Assembly: GCF_009914755.1 (NCBI RefSeq)
Contig: NC_060936.1
DNA from: the human T2T-CHM13v2.0 reference genome, Homo sapiens
DNA: 64,000 nucleotides
Strand: one strand, 5' to 3'
Part shown: piece by piece, positions 41,561-60,244 of the stretch
Position numbering within the stretch: the first letter of the stretch is position 1
How the letters are laid out: each line of letters begins with the position of its first letter
Notes under the pieces: generated by a model
What the model was told of the DNA's origin: nothing
The model's database searches: none
The model's input: the letters and a program-made list of their open reading frames with translations, nothing else
Position numbers and translations under genes: made by a program

Positions 41561-42136
41561 TTTTTCCTTTTAAAGCTTTCAAACTATATCTATTACTAAC
41601 TTTGTGTAATAAGTATGGAGTACTTTAGCATAAAAGTTCTTTATTTTCAGTGTGTAATTTACAAGAGTTACCTTGTAAATGTGGTTTTATTACGTCTCAG
41701 GATGAGTATTCACTATCAATTTTTCCAGGCACTACCAAGAATGTTTTTTTCTTCGAAGTGTATTTTCCTCCAGATACAATGCTATGTCTGTACTAACATG
41801 TCAGGCTTTTCAAAGAACCACGTATACAATTATGAATCATGTTGATAATGCTTGCTAGATAAGCAGTACATGCTGCCATCATCTGTTAGTGCTATAATTT
41901 TTTTTTTGTACAAGTTACTCTTCCAGGTATTCATGTAACAATACAGAGTGAGGGTTTTTTTCTTCCCTTTGACTACAACATACTTTATACTACTGGGTTT
42001 ACTGATCGACAAATCTTGGGTCTTTCCAACGGACTCAATTCCCACAGGATCTTGCACAATAAGAAAACAGACTAATACCAAAATTGAAACAAAATTGTAA
42101 ACATATCAATAAAATTACAGTTAAAGACTAAGGACT

Positions 42137-42438
42137 AGGCTGGACGCGGTGGCTCATGCCTGTAATCCCAGCACTTTGGGGGGCCGAGGTGGGTAGATCA
42201 CCTGAGGTCAAGAGTTCGAGACCAGCCTGGCCAACACAGTGAAACCCCGTCTCGACTAAAAATACAAAAATTAGCTGGGCATAGTGGTGGGTGCCTGTAA
42301 TCCCAGCAACTCAGGAGGCTGAGACAGGAGAATCGCTTGAACCCGGGAAGCAGAGGTTGCAGTGAGCCGAGATCACGCCACTGTACTCTCCAGCCTGGGT
42401 GACAGGGCTAGATTCCGTCTCAAAAAAAAAAAAAAAAA
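42137..42438 (+). mobile_element. AluSx-like element with clean TSD
   Basis: TSD AAAGACTAAGGACTA on both sides. Confidence 0.95.
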
Positions 42439-42484
42439 GACTAAGGACTAATTTGAGGACAGTACACATAAACAACAATCAAAT

Positions 42485-45400
42485 GAGTGTTTTACCATTA
42501 ACATTTATTGATGGGATGGATAAATACAGATTGAGAAACATACTTGACAGCAAGATATCAAACTGATAGCCAGACTATAAAATGTATACATCCTTTTTAA
42601 ATTTTTTGAATTTTTTTACAAAGAGCCCTTACTATAATGGTCACTTACCTCCTATCATTCACATAACAGCAGTAGATATCCCAGGGGTAGCATCCAGAGC
42701 TGAGGTGCCCCAAGGAAGACAGAGGCAATGGCAGAATAATATGCTGAGAAAGGACTCTTAAGAGCAATACAAAGAGAACAGACAAAAATCTCACCACAAA
42801 ATTGTACCTGAGTGACAGATTGGTAAAGTGTTTTACTTTTTTTTTTCTTTTCGCTCTTTGGTCTGACAAGAAAAGAGTTTTAGGTGTGTGAAGTAGGGTG
42901 GGAAAAAAGGTCAGTTTCAAATTCAGTAACATATGGTAACACTAAGTTAGGCTGCTGCATTCTTTTCTTTGGGTACTTAAGCCAGCTGGCACTTCCACTT
43001 TGTAACCAATTATATTATGATCAACAACTAATCAGTTAGTTCCTCAGCTTCAACTGAAGAGTTCCTGATTACCTGATGAAGGACATACTTGCTCTGGCTT
43101 CAATTAGCATGCTGTCAAGCATCCCTCTCCATGCTTAACATGGCAACACAAAACCCAAGAGTCCTTCTCTTTTTTTCATTAGCCATGAATAAACACTCAC
43201 AAAGGGGAAGAGTAGACACTGCTTTTAGTAAACGTCCTTTTTCTTTACCTCCCTTTTCCAATGCCAAGTTCATATGAAAAACTTTAGAAACATTAAAATG
43301 GAGAACTCTCTCACCCAAAAAGTAATTCTCATTCCAGACTACTCTATCAGGCAGGATTACTGTACCGTGCTTGTTTCAAACTCACATCCACGGAGGGATA
43401 AAAAGACAAAATAAAACTTGACAGTGTGATACAACATGAAAATCTCCTAAACCATCAGGAGCAAACACTCAGTTAAAAGCTGGGTGTTAACAAGCAGCAA
43501 CTCAAGAAACTTGGGGAGGTATCAAAGTCACTGAAAGCTTACTGGAACCTCGGAGGGCTATTTCTCACCATTTGATGAGTTGCATAGACTGCTTAAATTC
43601 TCCCAAGACCAAAAGAATAAAATTTGTATTTCAACTGCAAGATGTTCTAGATTCTCTCTTTTCTTAGTATCAAAATAACTCATAAACAAAAAAAATTGTA
43701 AATATTAATCAGTTCCCAAAATAACGGAAACACAGATATGTTTAAAATCCAACCATACTGGGATAGACAGGGCCCCTCTACAATTGCCTTTACTTGGAAG
43801 CCATGTATGTGGAGGAGTATGCATTTCAATATGGAGAATTAAGTAGCAGAGGTTTAAGATAACTCAGCAGTGATGTCACCATGATTTTATTTCCATATCC
43901 TAATCCATTGCTGTTTGCAACTGGAGATTTAAAATTTTTCTGTCAACACTGGTAAAGCCAATAATACTGAACTATGTAGTATACACTAAATCAAAACACT
44001 AAAATCATTTTTAAAAAGGAAGAAAAAAGAAGTTGAGGCTCTCTGATATGGACATACACTGATTCATGAATGGGAAGACTAGACTAACACCTAAGTATTT
44101 TCTAAACTCAAAAGCATAACTGATACTTCAGAAGACCGATTTGGATCGATGCTTCACTACAGTTCAGCTAACAGCAACACAGGTATCTGATTAAAAGCCT
44201 TAAGGACAATCCACAGGTATTTGTTTTTGCCAACACGAGTCTAGCAAAATTTTAGGAATGAGATTTACAGAAGCTGAGGCTCCAGGCCTACTTATCACCA
44301 TCACTTATTTTTGACAGTCTAGGTTACATGGAGAAACAAAAAGCCATATTTATCAGACTAACTTTGGATGTATAAATCTCATTTCTCACCCTTTGAAGGT
44401 ACAAGGATAGGAAAGACACATAGAGCTCAGAAACCACACAGCCCTTAAAAACCTTAAGTTTATGGAATTTGGACAATACACATGCTAGTTGACAGGCACA
44501 TCTGTTAACCCAAAAACAAAGCAGCAGCTTCATGCAGAGCCCACAAGGAGCTTCATGACATATGCATAGATCTAAAAACAGACACTGTACGTATCTTAAG
44601 ACAGTACCAGGAGGCATTAACACAGAAAGGTCTCTAAACTGACCTATGTCAGCAATGATCTACTAGTGCAAAGGCCGGACTACACGGCACAAAGCAACTC
44701 TTAGGCCCTAGTAAGCACTTTTTTCTAGTTCACTCCTGGCAAAGTTCTAAGGAACTTTACTACAGTACGGCCATGGATAACTGCTATGAGGCCAAATGAT
44801 TATGTGCCTCTGTGGTAAAGGAGTGCATGTGATTAGAAAATATGTGACATTTGATGAGAGTAACTAAAAGCTGGAAAAGACATTTTTCAAAATCAAACCA
44901 GTGATCATCAAGTCCACAAAGATACAGATGCAGACTAAATGGCACATTCCCTTTTGGAAACAGACTCCAACAAACAAAATCTAAATAAATAGAAGCCCTA
45001 AATGTACTAAACCACAACTATATATCTACCAATTATCTAACACAACATAGAAAATATCAAGGGGAAAGAGGAAAATGTCATCTATAAAGTGAAGTGACAC
45101 TCTAAGTCAAGAAGTATTAATGATTTACAGGTCAACAGAGAGCTCCTCGTTTTATACCCAGCAATGGCAGGAACTCTAGACAGTTCAAATATGCAAGATG
45201 CAGGGCACTAACCCACCGTCAGTTAACGTTTACTCCTGCCTACAAATTCCTTTCTATATTAGGCCAGTACATCATCAATTCCAACAGCCACAATTTTCTT
45301 CCCAACCTGTTCCTGGCAAGTAGCAGCATAAGTACAACTCCTGTCTCCCTATGACTTCCAAATGAAAAATAATTCGACCTCTCCCTAAAAAATCCTTGGC

Positions 45401-47058
45401 ATGAAGTAAGCTGCAATCAAATCATGAAAACAAACTCAAATTGAACCACCTTTTCCAGAGCAAAAAAAATGCAATGAAGATCAAAGAATATCTCATTAAA
45501 TGATCTCTGGCTAGGTAGTTTTCAGTGGTTAGACAACTAACTTAGAATTCTTTCTAGCCAAGATTTTCTGAAAGATTTATTAAAAATGTTCACTCCTAAT
45601 ATCTGGGATAATCAAGCCTCCATAACAACAGGACTCTTGACCTATTTTTATAAAGGACTTAGAAATCTTAAGAACCTCGATCAAGAACCTAAAGCTACCA
45701 AAGATGAACAATCTAAACACAATAGTATCCATTGGCTAGGCTTTGCTCATTCTCATGGCACCAGTACTGTTAAATTCACAAGCTCCAATCTCAAGTCATA
45801 TAGGCTGCAAAAACTTGAGGATGTAGCTGTTTCCCTTCGGATATACACATAAAAAGCATGTCTTACATTTATAATGTAATTTTTAAAACAATGTTCTAAA
45901 CTTCCAAATCACAATTTCATTGTTTTTAGTATCCTCTAGCTTCTCCCATATGGTTTGGGCTTTCACAGGCAGGATATACATAGCACATTCCCCATCTCTT
46001 AGAGACCTTAAGACTGCTCTCATTTGAACACTTTCCCAAAGCCTCACTTGAAAAAAAAGACACACCCAATTCTGTAGGGCAGAAGCTGGCCTTGCTCGCC
46101 AACCCTCCTTCCTCAACCCCATCTCTGTTTTGCACAAAAACAAAAAAAGGGGTAAAAAGGAAGTTCTCATAATAAGGTTAAGAGTCAGGGTGTTGGCTGT
46201 ACTTGCCCAAACTACAAATTAGAGGGCTACTACTCAATTATAACATAAAGAAAGGGAAAAATACCATGTCAAATACATGCCTCTTCCTTTATGTTCTCAA
46301 GGCCAACCATGTTTTTCTCTAGTAGACTGTTGGAAAATGAAAACGGTAAGGAACAGGGAGGGAAGATAAAACATTATTTTTAAACACACACACTTAAAAA
46401 CACACATACCCACACTTACATACACACTTAAAAGTCTGAAAAAAGTGGCCTGAGCCTATTTCAGAACTCCTAGCCAAAAACCTAGCCTCCCACCCACCCT
46501 CACACATTCCCACCCTCCAATCCCACCCACCAGGAGTTACTGCTATGTATCATATACACACAGCAAAATCCCTATCCCCTTCCCAATTATATAAAAAAAC
46601 TAAACAGATAACTTACTTTCTTTAAATTATTAAGTCTATTAAAAGATTTGACGTTTAAATACTTCCTCTCTTCTGATATATTAAACACCGAAAGGATCCA
46701 CAATTGTCTGATACAAGAAACCCTCCATTTTTCAGCTCTGGCAAGAAGAGGGAAGATATCAACTCCAATCAACCTAATTAGATGGTGGAGAGGCCAAGAA
46801 TTCAGAATGTGTCCTTAATCCTTCACAGCTTCAACACCTCTCTAATACCAGTAAAAACTGTAAGAAAATAGTTAAATGCATGAGACAGCAGATATATAGC
46901 CAAGGCCTTCTACCACCCTCCTAACTATGTCTCAATATCAATTTATTCCCTAGTCCAAGGATGACATATTTCATAAGTAATTTTCTTAGTCCAAAAAAAA
47001 AAAAGAAAAATTATGTGTTTTTTTAAAGAAGTTTTTTTCTCCTCTTCTTTTTCTTTTT
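42485..47058 (-). other. CCNT1: CCNT1 long 3'UTR (~4.6 kb, Alu-free; end approximate)
   Basis: Follows TAA at 47059-47061. Minus-strand AATAAA at 46942, 45576, 43886 and 42504; the last has a GU-rich downstream TGATTGTTGTTTATGTGT. Confidence 0.8.
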
Positions 47059-48462
47059 TTACTTAGGAAGGGGTGGAAGTGGTGGAGGAGGTTCTGATGG
47101 CAGAGGTGGTGGCCGGGGTTTGTCTGTATTGCCAGATCTCGAGGAGATTCCACCAGACCGAGGATTCAGATAGTCACTATAAGGACGAACAAATTCAAAT
47201 GCAGTGGGCTGAGTGGGCTGAACACCCTGGGCACTGAGCAGGGAGTGAAGCATATTCACAGTGTCTTGATAGTCTATTGTCTGGGTCGTGTTGTGACCAT
47301 TGGCCCCAGTGGGCCCTTTATCCAGTTTCGAATGAGGGACACGAGTTTTACAGCTGGGCTGTGAAAAGGAAAGGCCACTTGTGTCTGAGCTATGCCCAGG
47401 CATCTGACCCATTGTAGGAAGTGAAGGGAAGGAGAAATTTAGGGAAGAGGATTTAGTACTCTTGGCAATCTTGGCTGGATGATCAAACACAGCCCCTCCA
47501 GTCTCTTCAGAGGGTCCCCTTTTACGAGTAGAACTGGAAGAGGAAAAAGAACTAGACAAGCTATAGGTTTTATGTGCTAAGTTGCTTGTCTGGCTACTAT
47601 GTTTTGGATCACCAGGACGTTTGTTCCCAGTACCAACTGGAAGTTGGGAATGAGAGTGCTTGTGTGAGTGGTGATTATGATGATGATGATGATTAGATGG
47701 GTGAGTCTTGTGCTTTTCTTTGTGCTCTCGGCTCTTTGTAACACTGTCCTCTACAGAATTGTGCTTATCAGCTGCAGCATGGACTTTTATGCGCATTTTT
47801 ATCTCCTCTGGTTTTGAAGACGCAGCTTTATCTCCACCTGCCACTGGGATTCTCATTTTGAGAGCTGTTTTGTCAGCCTTTTCCAGAAAAGGCCGCTCGG
47901 GGTTTTCTGAACCCTCTATGGGCATTTTTAGAATGACTGAAGAATGGCTATCATGATGAGAAAGGAGATTCTGGGCAGCATATGCATATTGTGACTTCAC
48001 ATTGGCTTCCATGTTCTCCAGTTGCCTCTTCTGGGCAGCCAATTCTTCTGCATGCTTCGCGCGGTATTCTTTCAGTGACACTTTAGCTGATGGCACACTC
48101 TTACTATTCTGCTTCTGGGAAATAAATGCATTTGAACCATCCTGTGGTAAGGAATGATCAACTCCTGTAAGTGCTAAATTCTCACTAGTCCGATGACCCT
48201 GAGTAGGTTCTAGTTTGAAAGAAGGTTGGGAGGACAGCCAACGCTTGCCCGGCAACATCTCCACACTGGTTAAGTTGCTGGATGACTCTTCGGAGACTGG
48301 CAGGGAAGGCACTGCACTTGTGGTAGAAGTTGACATGCTCATTAAACCTGCAATGGTTGTGTCTGAAGAGCTCTGGGAAATCATATTGAGGATTGTCTGC
48401 TCTGAAGTCTTTTCATCTGTTCCTCGGTCATCTGCTTTTGTTTTCTTGGCAGCCTCGCATGC
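47059..48462 (-). CDS. CCNT1: CCNT1 (cyclin T1) last exon: Cys261, coiled coil, His-rich domain, C-terminal PEST/Pro-rich tail
   Basis: Acceptor cattgcag|GCA TGC GAG; 1404 nt running ACEAAKK...[15 protein letters not shown]...[10 protein letters not shown]. Recognisably cyclin T1. Confidence 0.98.
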   Translation of the reverse strand, partial: ACEAAKKTKADDRGTDEKTSEQTILNMISQSSSDTTIAGLMSMSTSTTSAVPSLPVSEESSSNLTSVEMLPGKRWLSSQPSFKLEPTQGHRTSENLALTGVDHSLPQDGSNAFISQKQNSKSVPSAKVSLKEYRAKHAEELAAQKRQLENMEANVKSQYAYAAQNLLSHHDSHSSVILKMPIEGSENPERPFLEKADKTALKMRIPVAGGDKAASSKPEEIKMRIKVHAAADKHNSVEDSVTKSREHKEKHKTHPSNHHHHHNHHSHKHSHSQLPVGTGNKRPGDPKHSSQTSNLAHKTYSLSSSFSSSSSTRKRGPSEETGGAVFDHPAKIAKSTKSSSLNFSFPSLPTMGQMPGHSSDTSGLSFSQPSCKTRVPHSKLDKGPTGANGHNTTQTIDYQDTVNMLHSLLSAQGVQPTQPTAFEFVRPYSDYLNPRSGGISSRSGNTDKPRPPPLPSEPPPPLPPLPK

Positions 48463-48766
48463 CTGCAATGAAGCAAATAGCATCTCTTTACTTAGGTAAT
48501 TTACTAAATAAAAAAACACTGAGATGAGTAGATTGTACTTGCAGCAACACTGGAAGTTCTGGATAGGCCACAGGCAGGAGGCTATCCTAACATGTAATCC
48601 AATAAATATTACCATCAAGAGAAGATTTTAAAACCTTCAATTAAGAGTCACAGCAATCTATCCAAACGTTACAAAGCAATAATAACAACAAAGAATCTAT
48701 GCTTATCTAAAATTCATACATGAACATCCATGCCTTCGCTTATGATTATAGTTAGTCCATAACTGA

Positions 48767-49222
<456 letters not shown>

Positions 49223-49784
49223 TGAAATTAACTTTTTCTGTCTGGATTTAGGAGAAAACAATGGAAACATTTTAAAACAAGTTTTATATCTGACAGAAAA
49301 AAAAGGAATGATTCCATTATTCCTGAATAAGGCTTTGACAAGTATTTGAAATACAACTTCAGACTACAGCCTATATAAAAACAAAATTCTAAAATCCATT
49401 TTAAAAGTAGGTAATGTCAAACACAAAACTGTGATACCGGCTCTAACCTTGTAATTCTCTATCTTGCCTCTACCAGAAGCCAATACTCTAACTCCGAGAA
49501 GCCATGTTTTTTCCCTACCAGTTTCCACACAGAAAATACTGAACCAGTGTTACTGCTCAAATGATCATATCACAGGAGTTACACAATGAAAAGCAAATCC
49601 TGCTATCCCATAGAGACACTGACTTTTACAACAGTATCCAAGGTATGAAGTAGAAGTCATGATTACTGTGTAACTATAAAAAGGGCAATTCCAAACCTAG
49701 GGTACATATTCAATACTGGTATATTCACTGGTGCAGTCAAAAGAAATTGATTTTGTTCCACAAGCTGACAGTAATGATTCTTAC

Positions 49785-49855
49785 CCTCCAATTCCAAATG
49801 CGTTTGAGCCTGTTGGGAGTTTTCTCCAAAATCTGTAGAAACTCATGTGTCAGTT
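49785..49855 (-). CDS. CCNT1: CCNT1 exon 8 ([24 protein letters not shown])
   Basis: Acceptor cttgtag|AA, donor AGG|GTAAGA, 71 nt, phase 1 to 0; Tat-TAR recognition motif region. Confidence 0.96.
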
Positions 49856-50024
49856 CTACAAGTAAAACAGAACATTCAAGAAAGACTGAGAGAAACAGAA
49901 GTAATGAAACAAGAATAACCTGAACTACTAACTAACTATTTTCATCTGAATCAAGTCACCTTTGGCCAGCTATGTGACAGATCAACAGCAAGTGCTTTTC
50001 AAGGTCCCTTACTCTAAAACTTAC

Positions 50025-50188
50025 CATCTAAAAGTTCCAAGGTCACAGTGGCGTCAACATACTCCCACCAGTGCTTCCCGTCAGTTGAGACTGGGATCTC
50101 CCAATTGGACCACTTGCAAGCCAGGTGAATGCAGACACAGGCCACCACAGGAGGTGTGTACTGCAGGCTAAATGTGGTCAAATGCAGG
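50025..50188 (-). CDS. CCNT1: CCNT1 exon 7 ([32 protein letters not shown]...LELLD)
   Basis: Acceptor gatgtcag|C, donor ATG|GTAAGT, 164 nt. Confidence 0.96.
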
Positions 50189-50261
50189 CTGACATCAGAG
50201 GGAAGAAAACAGAGAGTGTCATGAGCTCTCAATTCTCAGCCCAAAGCTAAAACTCTCCATT

Positions 50262-50294
<33 letters not shown>

Positions 50295-50843
50295 CTTAAA
50301 AATAGACAGGAGAGTAAGAAGGGTAAGAAATATGCAATGCTCTGATCTAGCACTCAATATAATTTCCTATTAACCCACCTGTTCAGGTAACAACATTTTA
50401 AAAACTCTTGAATTACACATCACTTAATCTACACATTGACCAGAGCCAAAAAAAAAAAAAAGGAAAAAAGGAAAAAGGCTGGGAATTCAAGTTCTTTAAA
50501 ACATTGACTTCTGGGCCAGTATTCAAGCCTAGAAGTCAATATTTATTACCTATTATCCTGAGACTAAGCTCAGATCCTAAGGAAAATTGTAAGCTTTTTG
50601 GTCTGTGTAATCCGTAAATCAAAAACTTAAGGAAATATCTTAAAAATAATTTGTCTCTCACCAATCATAGTTCTGGTCTATTTAAAATAATAAACAGACA
50701 ACTACTCTCTCAAGTATAAATATGTTGGTTTATTTCAAAACTTTTTCGTAACAGGCTATAAAAATGAACTTCTTAGCCCTGACAGTTACTAGGGATATCA
50801 TTGGTTTCCATTAACTAACAATGTTGGGCAAGTCATTTGGTAA

Positions 50844-51038
<195 letters not shown>

Positions 51039-51552
51039 TAGTAAAGATGTGGTTTCACCATGTTGGCCAGGTTGGTCTCGAACTCCTAGCCTCAAGTGAT
51101 CCACCAGCCTCAGCCTGGGATTACAGGTATGAGCCACTGTGCCCAGTCTCATTTACTTTTTTTAAAAAGGGAAGAAGGAAAAAGACTGAAACTCTTAACA
51201 TCCATAAGTGCCCATTGATTGATAGAGGGGGAAGAAAAAGGAATATTTTAAAATATAATTATTGGCCAGGCACAGTGGTTTACACCTGTAATCCCAGCAC
51301 TTTGGGAAGCCAAGGCAGGCGGATCACTTGAGGCCAGGAGTTTGAGACCAGCCTAGTCAACATAGCGAAACCCCATCTCTACTGAAAATACAAAAAAATT
51401 AGCGGGGCATGGTGGCGCCAGTCTATAATCCCAGCTTAGTGAAGAGGCTGAGGCCGGAGAATCACTTGAACCCGGGAGGCAGAGGTTGCAGTGAGCCAAG
51501 ATCGCACCACTTCAGTCCAGCCTGGTAGACAGAGTGAGACTCTGTCTTAAAA

Positions 51553-51583
<31 letters not shown>

Positions 51584-51627
51584 TGCCTGTAATCCCAGCA
51601 CTTTGGGAGGCTGAGGTGGGCAGATCA

Positions 51628-51933
<306 letters not shown>

Positions 51934-52163
51934 TTAGATTTTCAGTCACTATCATGCAGAACTGAGTAGGTTATCAAAAAAATCAGTACTAAATAATTAC
52001 ATAACCTTAGAAAATTAAAAAGTACCATGGAAATTTAAAGTACAACATGAAAACTGTGCAGAAAAATCAACATTCACCAGAGAATTATCTATAGCACACT
52101 GTATCAAACTCAAGTAAAGTCCTATACCAAAAATCGAAGAGAAAAAAAAATTAAAATATAAAC

Positions 52164-52209
52164 CTGTTGGTTGCCATGAAGTAAGAAGTCTGTGCTAAGT
52201 CCTTGCTTG
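52164..52209 (-). CDS. CCNT1: CCNT1 exon 6 (ASKDLAQTSYFMATNS)
   Basis: Acceptor tttctttag|CA, donor CAG|GTTTAT, 46 nt. Confidence 0.93.
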
Positions 52210-52701
52210 CTAAAGAAAAAAAAAAAAAAGTCAGGGGTGGGGGAGGAAAAAAGTTATTAGTTCCATTCATTCTCAACAAATATTTAGTAAGCATTTAATA
52301 TTTGCAAGGTACTGTGAATATAGTGGCAAATGAGACACACATGGTCCCTGTAAACCTGACGTTTACATTCTGCCAAAGTAGACAGATCAATGATTTTTAA
52401 TTTTAACATTAATAACTATGCTGCTTCCAGATCTAGGTACTCAAGCTTTATTCTGCACACCACATATCTGAGGTACTTGTTTAAATGCAATTCTTGGACC
52501 TGCTCCCTAAAATTTAATTAAATGTTTGGAGAAGGGTGCAAGCATTTTTTAACAAGTAACCCAGAGATTCTGATGTAAGGATTCACTGAGAATCACTAAA
52601 CTACAGGATGAACTAAGATGATCTAGAAGCAAGATCAGAATCTAGAAGACTTTGACATATTTGGGAAAAGTGACTTTTGCTGTTAAGAAAGTTTTTAATT
52701 A

Positions 52702-52981
<280 letters not shown>

Positions 52982-53804
52982 TCAAAAAAAAAAAAAAGTT
53001 TTTAATTAAGTAGCCCTAATTAAGATTTAATTAATTAATCCCCAAATCATCAAATAATGTAATATATTACAATGAAAAAATTTAACTTCTTCCAAAACAA
53101 ACTGTTCTGGGTGACAAAGCAAATTTTTATCTTCCTCAGGACATAGTCTTCTCAATATTAACATACACCCATCTCTAGTCTTATCCTTGTGCAATATAAC
53201 ATTTTAATACTTTCAAATATAAAGAACTCAGGAAAATTTGGGAATTTTCACAGGAAACACATATTAGTAAAATGTAAAATAAGACCAATTATCAGTTTGG
53301 CCTAAAAATCATAAAAGGCACTTAAAGGCACAATAGTGTTCAGATATTCTTGATACTAAACTAAATAAGAGAGTTTCATTCAATTATACCTAATATTGTT
53401 AAATTAGAATTAAAAAGAAAAGTTCTGCCAAGGGATTGTATATCATGGAAAGTCCAAATAAATTCTGTATGATCCTCTAGGTGGCCTTTAATCAACCCCA
53501 GAATTAAAATAAGATCACCCACTCCTCACAACTTTCATAAAATTTCTGTTAAATAACTTCACAAACTGCCCAACTTTGACAAACATTCTCAAGAGGTTAG
53601 TTCTCTTTAACTAGAGATCATCTAAAAATATTACTTGTAAGAACCCAACAGAAAAACATCAAGTCAGAACAACTCATTTTGATTTAAGCCAAGTAGGCCT
53701 TTAAATTTAGCCAAAGCAGAACTATTATGTATTGTCCACCACAAACCACAACCTCTAAATGGGAAAACAGCTTGAGATAGTCTTCATAAGCTGGGATTCC
53801 TTAC

Positions 53805-53867
53805 CTCGAACAAGTTGAGTGCACTTTACTACATGAGTATGTGGGTGATCAATTGTTAGTTCAAAGC
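53805..53867 (-). CDS. CCNT1: CCNT1 exon 5 ([21 protein letters not shown])
   Basis: Acceptor cttttaag|GC, donor GAG|GTAAGG, 63 nt. Confidence 0.95.
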
Positions 53868-54158
53868 CTTAAAAGAAAAAGTAATGGATTAAAAAACTAT
53901 TAAGAAGTTTACATTTTACAAATTATTGTAAAAGGATAACTGATTGTAAATTACACCTTACTGGTTTCCACACTAAAATATTAATAGAAATTTATTCCAC
54001 CAGAAAAACATCATTGTCCCATGAAATATAATTTGAAGATATTTTAAGAAAAAAGTTAACTAGAGGCTGGGCGCGGTGGATCAAGCCTGTAATCCCAGCA
54101 CTTTGGGAGGCCGAGGCGAGCGGATCACAAGGTCAGGAGATCAAGACCATCCTGGCTA

Positions 54159-54473
<315 letters not shown>

Positions 54474-55039
54474 TCATGAAATCTTACCCTACCTAGAAGA
54501 GAAAAATGATAGCCCAAAAGAACCAGGAAAAAAAAAATCTGTATTTTCATATTTTCTAAACTTCTAAAGGCAGCCTGTGTGATGAAAATAACAGATAATA
54601 ACACAATATCATCAGAGTTGCCCATGCAACCACTAAAGCTTAAGTTCCCCCACTTTCACTCTGCTGTTCTAAACACTAGTTACCAATTTTAAAAACAAAT
54701 GCTGTTACAGGCCATAACAATCCACGGAAGGAAAAACATTCTTTAGATAGTTTTTATAATTTTTGGGGGTAAAAATCACCAAAACTTAAAAAGCAAATAA
54801 CCCTAGAATGAAAAAAATAATAACCCACTGGCTGCTGTTTCAAAGGTCAGCTGTACTACCTGCATTCACTCTATGGAACAGGTCAAAGCTAAACTCAGGT
54901 CTACAACCTCTATCATCTGGAAACAGAGGGACACTACAAAAACTTTCCCAAGAAATATTCTTCCTATATAGCAAATTTTTAGAATCAAATCATTTTATTG
55001 CATAATTTAAAAAAATGTTTCAAAGGAAAATAAACTTAC

Positions 55040-55100
55040 CTAAAGTCTGCAAAATTATGCTTTCTAAAATGACCAGATCTTGAACTTGTTGCAAATAAGC
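55040..55100 (-). CDS. CCNT1: CCNT1 exon 4 (AYLQQVQDLVILESIILQTL)
   Basis: Acceptor cttttag|GCT, donor TAG|GTAAGT, 61 nt. Confidence 0.95.
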
Positions 55101-55235
55101 CTAAAAGTGAGAAGACAGAAATTATTCCCTACAAAGGCACAATATATAAAGTATAAACAATTCTAACAATCCCTTCCAGGGAAACCAAAACAATAAAAGG
55201 CATGAGTGGAGTTAGGAGGTAGAGTTAAGAACTGA

Positions 55236-57970
<2,735 letters not shown>

Positions 57971-58249
57971 TATTTTTCATAACATTTATAGTGATTTTAA
58001 AAGCTAGAAATTATCTAGACTTCTTCATGGAGAATTGTTAAAAATACATACATTCACATATATATCATTAAATACTAGCCAGACATTTTTAAAAAGTAGA
58101 GAATCCATCAGATGGGAAAATATTTGGGATATAGTAAGCAAATGAAAACAAACCAGAGACAAAATACATGCACACATAGCTATCTATAGAAAAGAAGCCA
58201 CAAATAACAGTGGTTCATTAGTATACCTGTGCTTCAGTTGTCTATATAA

Positions 58250-59057
<808 letters not shown>

Positions 59058-59063
59058 GTCTAG

Positions 59064-59276
<213 letters not shown>

Positions 59277-59794
59277 TAAAGATGTGAGCCAGCATGCCCA
59301 GTTGTTTTTTGTTGTTGTTGTTGTTGTTGTTTTTCTTTTTTTGTAGAAATGGGGTCTCACTTTGTTGCCAGAGCTTGTCTCGAACTGGACTCAAGCAATT
59401 CTCCTGCCTCAGCCTCCCAAAGTGCTGGGATTACAGGCATGAGCCACCACATCTGGCTTTTTTTTTTCTTTTTTTTAAATATAGAGACAGGGTCTTGCTA
59501 TGTTGTCCAGGTTGGTCTTAAACTTCTGGCCTAAAGTGATTCTCCCACCTTACCCTCCCAAAGTGCTAGGATTACAGGTATGGTGAGCCACCATACCTGG
59601 CCTGATTTTCTTACTGTTAAGAAAAACACAAACACTAAAATATTCTTTTAACAACACCAATCTAAACTTCAATAAATCGAAGTTATAAAATTAAGTTGCA
59701 TTGAAATACATAAAGATCCAGGCATGCTTGGGAGTAGGGAAAAAAAAAGAAAGGAAAAAAATTAAGAAAAACAGATGTGTAATTAATCTCCTAC

Positions 59795-59923
59795 CTCACT
59801 TCTAGTATCAGGAAGGGATTCCTGAGGATGGAGACAAGTATGTGCTACCTTGATGACATGTTCCAATTTTTTGGGCTGCTCCTCCACTTTAGCTGCTAGA
59901 AACAAGGCTGCTGGAGCCACAGA
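59795..59923 (-). CDS. CCNT1: CCNT1 exon 3 ([43 protein letters not shown])
   Basis: Acceptor ccattcag|TCT, donor GAG|GTAGGA, 129 nt, cyclin-box motif LFLAAKVEE. Exons 1-2 are outside the window. Confidence 0.96.
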
Positions 59924-60244
59924 CTGAATGGAGAGAAAATAAATCATATTTATTATCAATTTATTCATTCATAGAGTAAGGTAGATCTAAAGAGGAGCTA
60001 AGTCTCAAATCAAGTTATTTGCTTGCCTCAACTTTGTCACCTCTTTACCCTTTCCCGCCCCCCCGCTTCTACCATCTTCCCCTCTCCTACCCATTAATCC
60101 ATCTCCACTTCCAAATACCAATTCTTTGACAAACTGTCATTAAAAGCTGTCTATGGGAGAAGCTACTAGATGTAAGCAGACAGTTTTCTATTTAAAGTGA
60201 GATTCTTTATTAAGTTTGTATCAAATCACTCAATACATTTTTTA

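Noticed and set aside
44324-44623. 99-aa Cys/Leu-rich ORF in the CCNT1 3'UTR
   Set aside because: It begins at a non-ATG codon, its composition reflects UG-rich UTR sequence, and I recognise no homology.
48463-48618. N-terminal 52 aa of the 519-aa ORF 47059..48618
   Set aside because: This is intronic run-in upstream of the cattgcag acceptor at 48463; the real exon starts at 48462.
59924-59990. Possible U12-type acceptor for CCNT1 intron 2
   Set aside because: No CCTTRAY branch motif lies 10-20 nt from the AG, the pyrimidine tract is ordinary, and the donor is outside the window.
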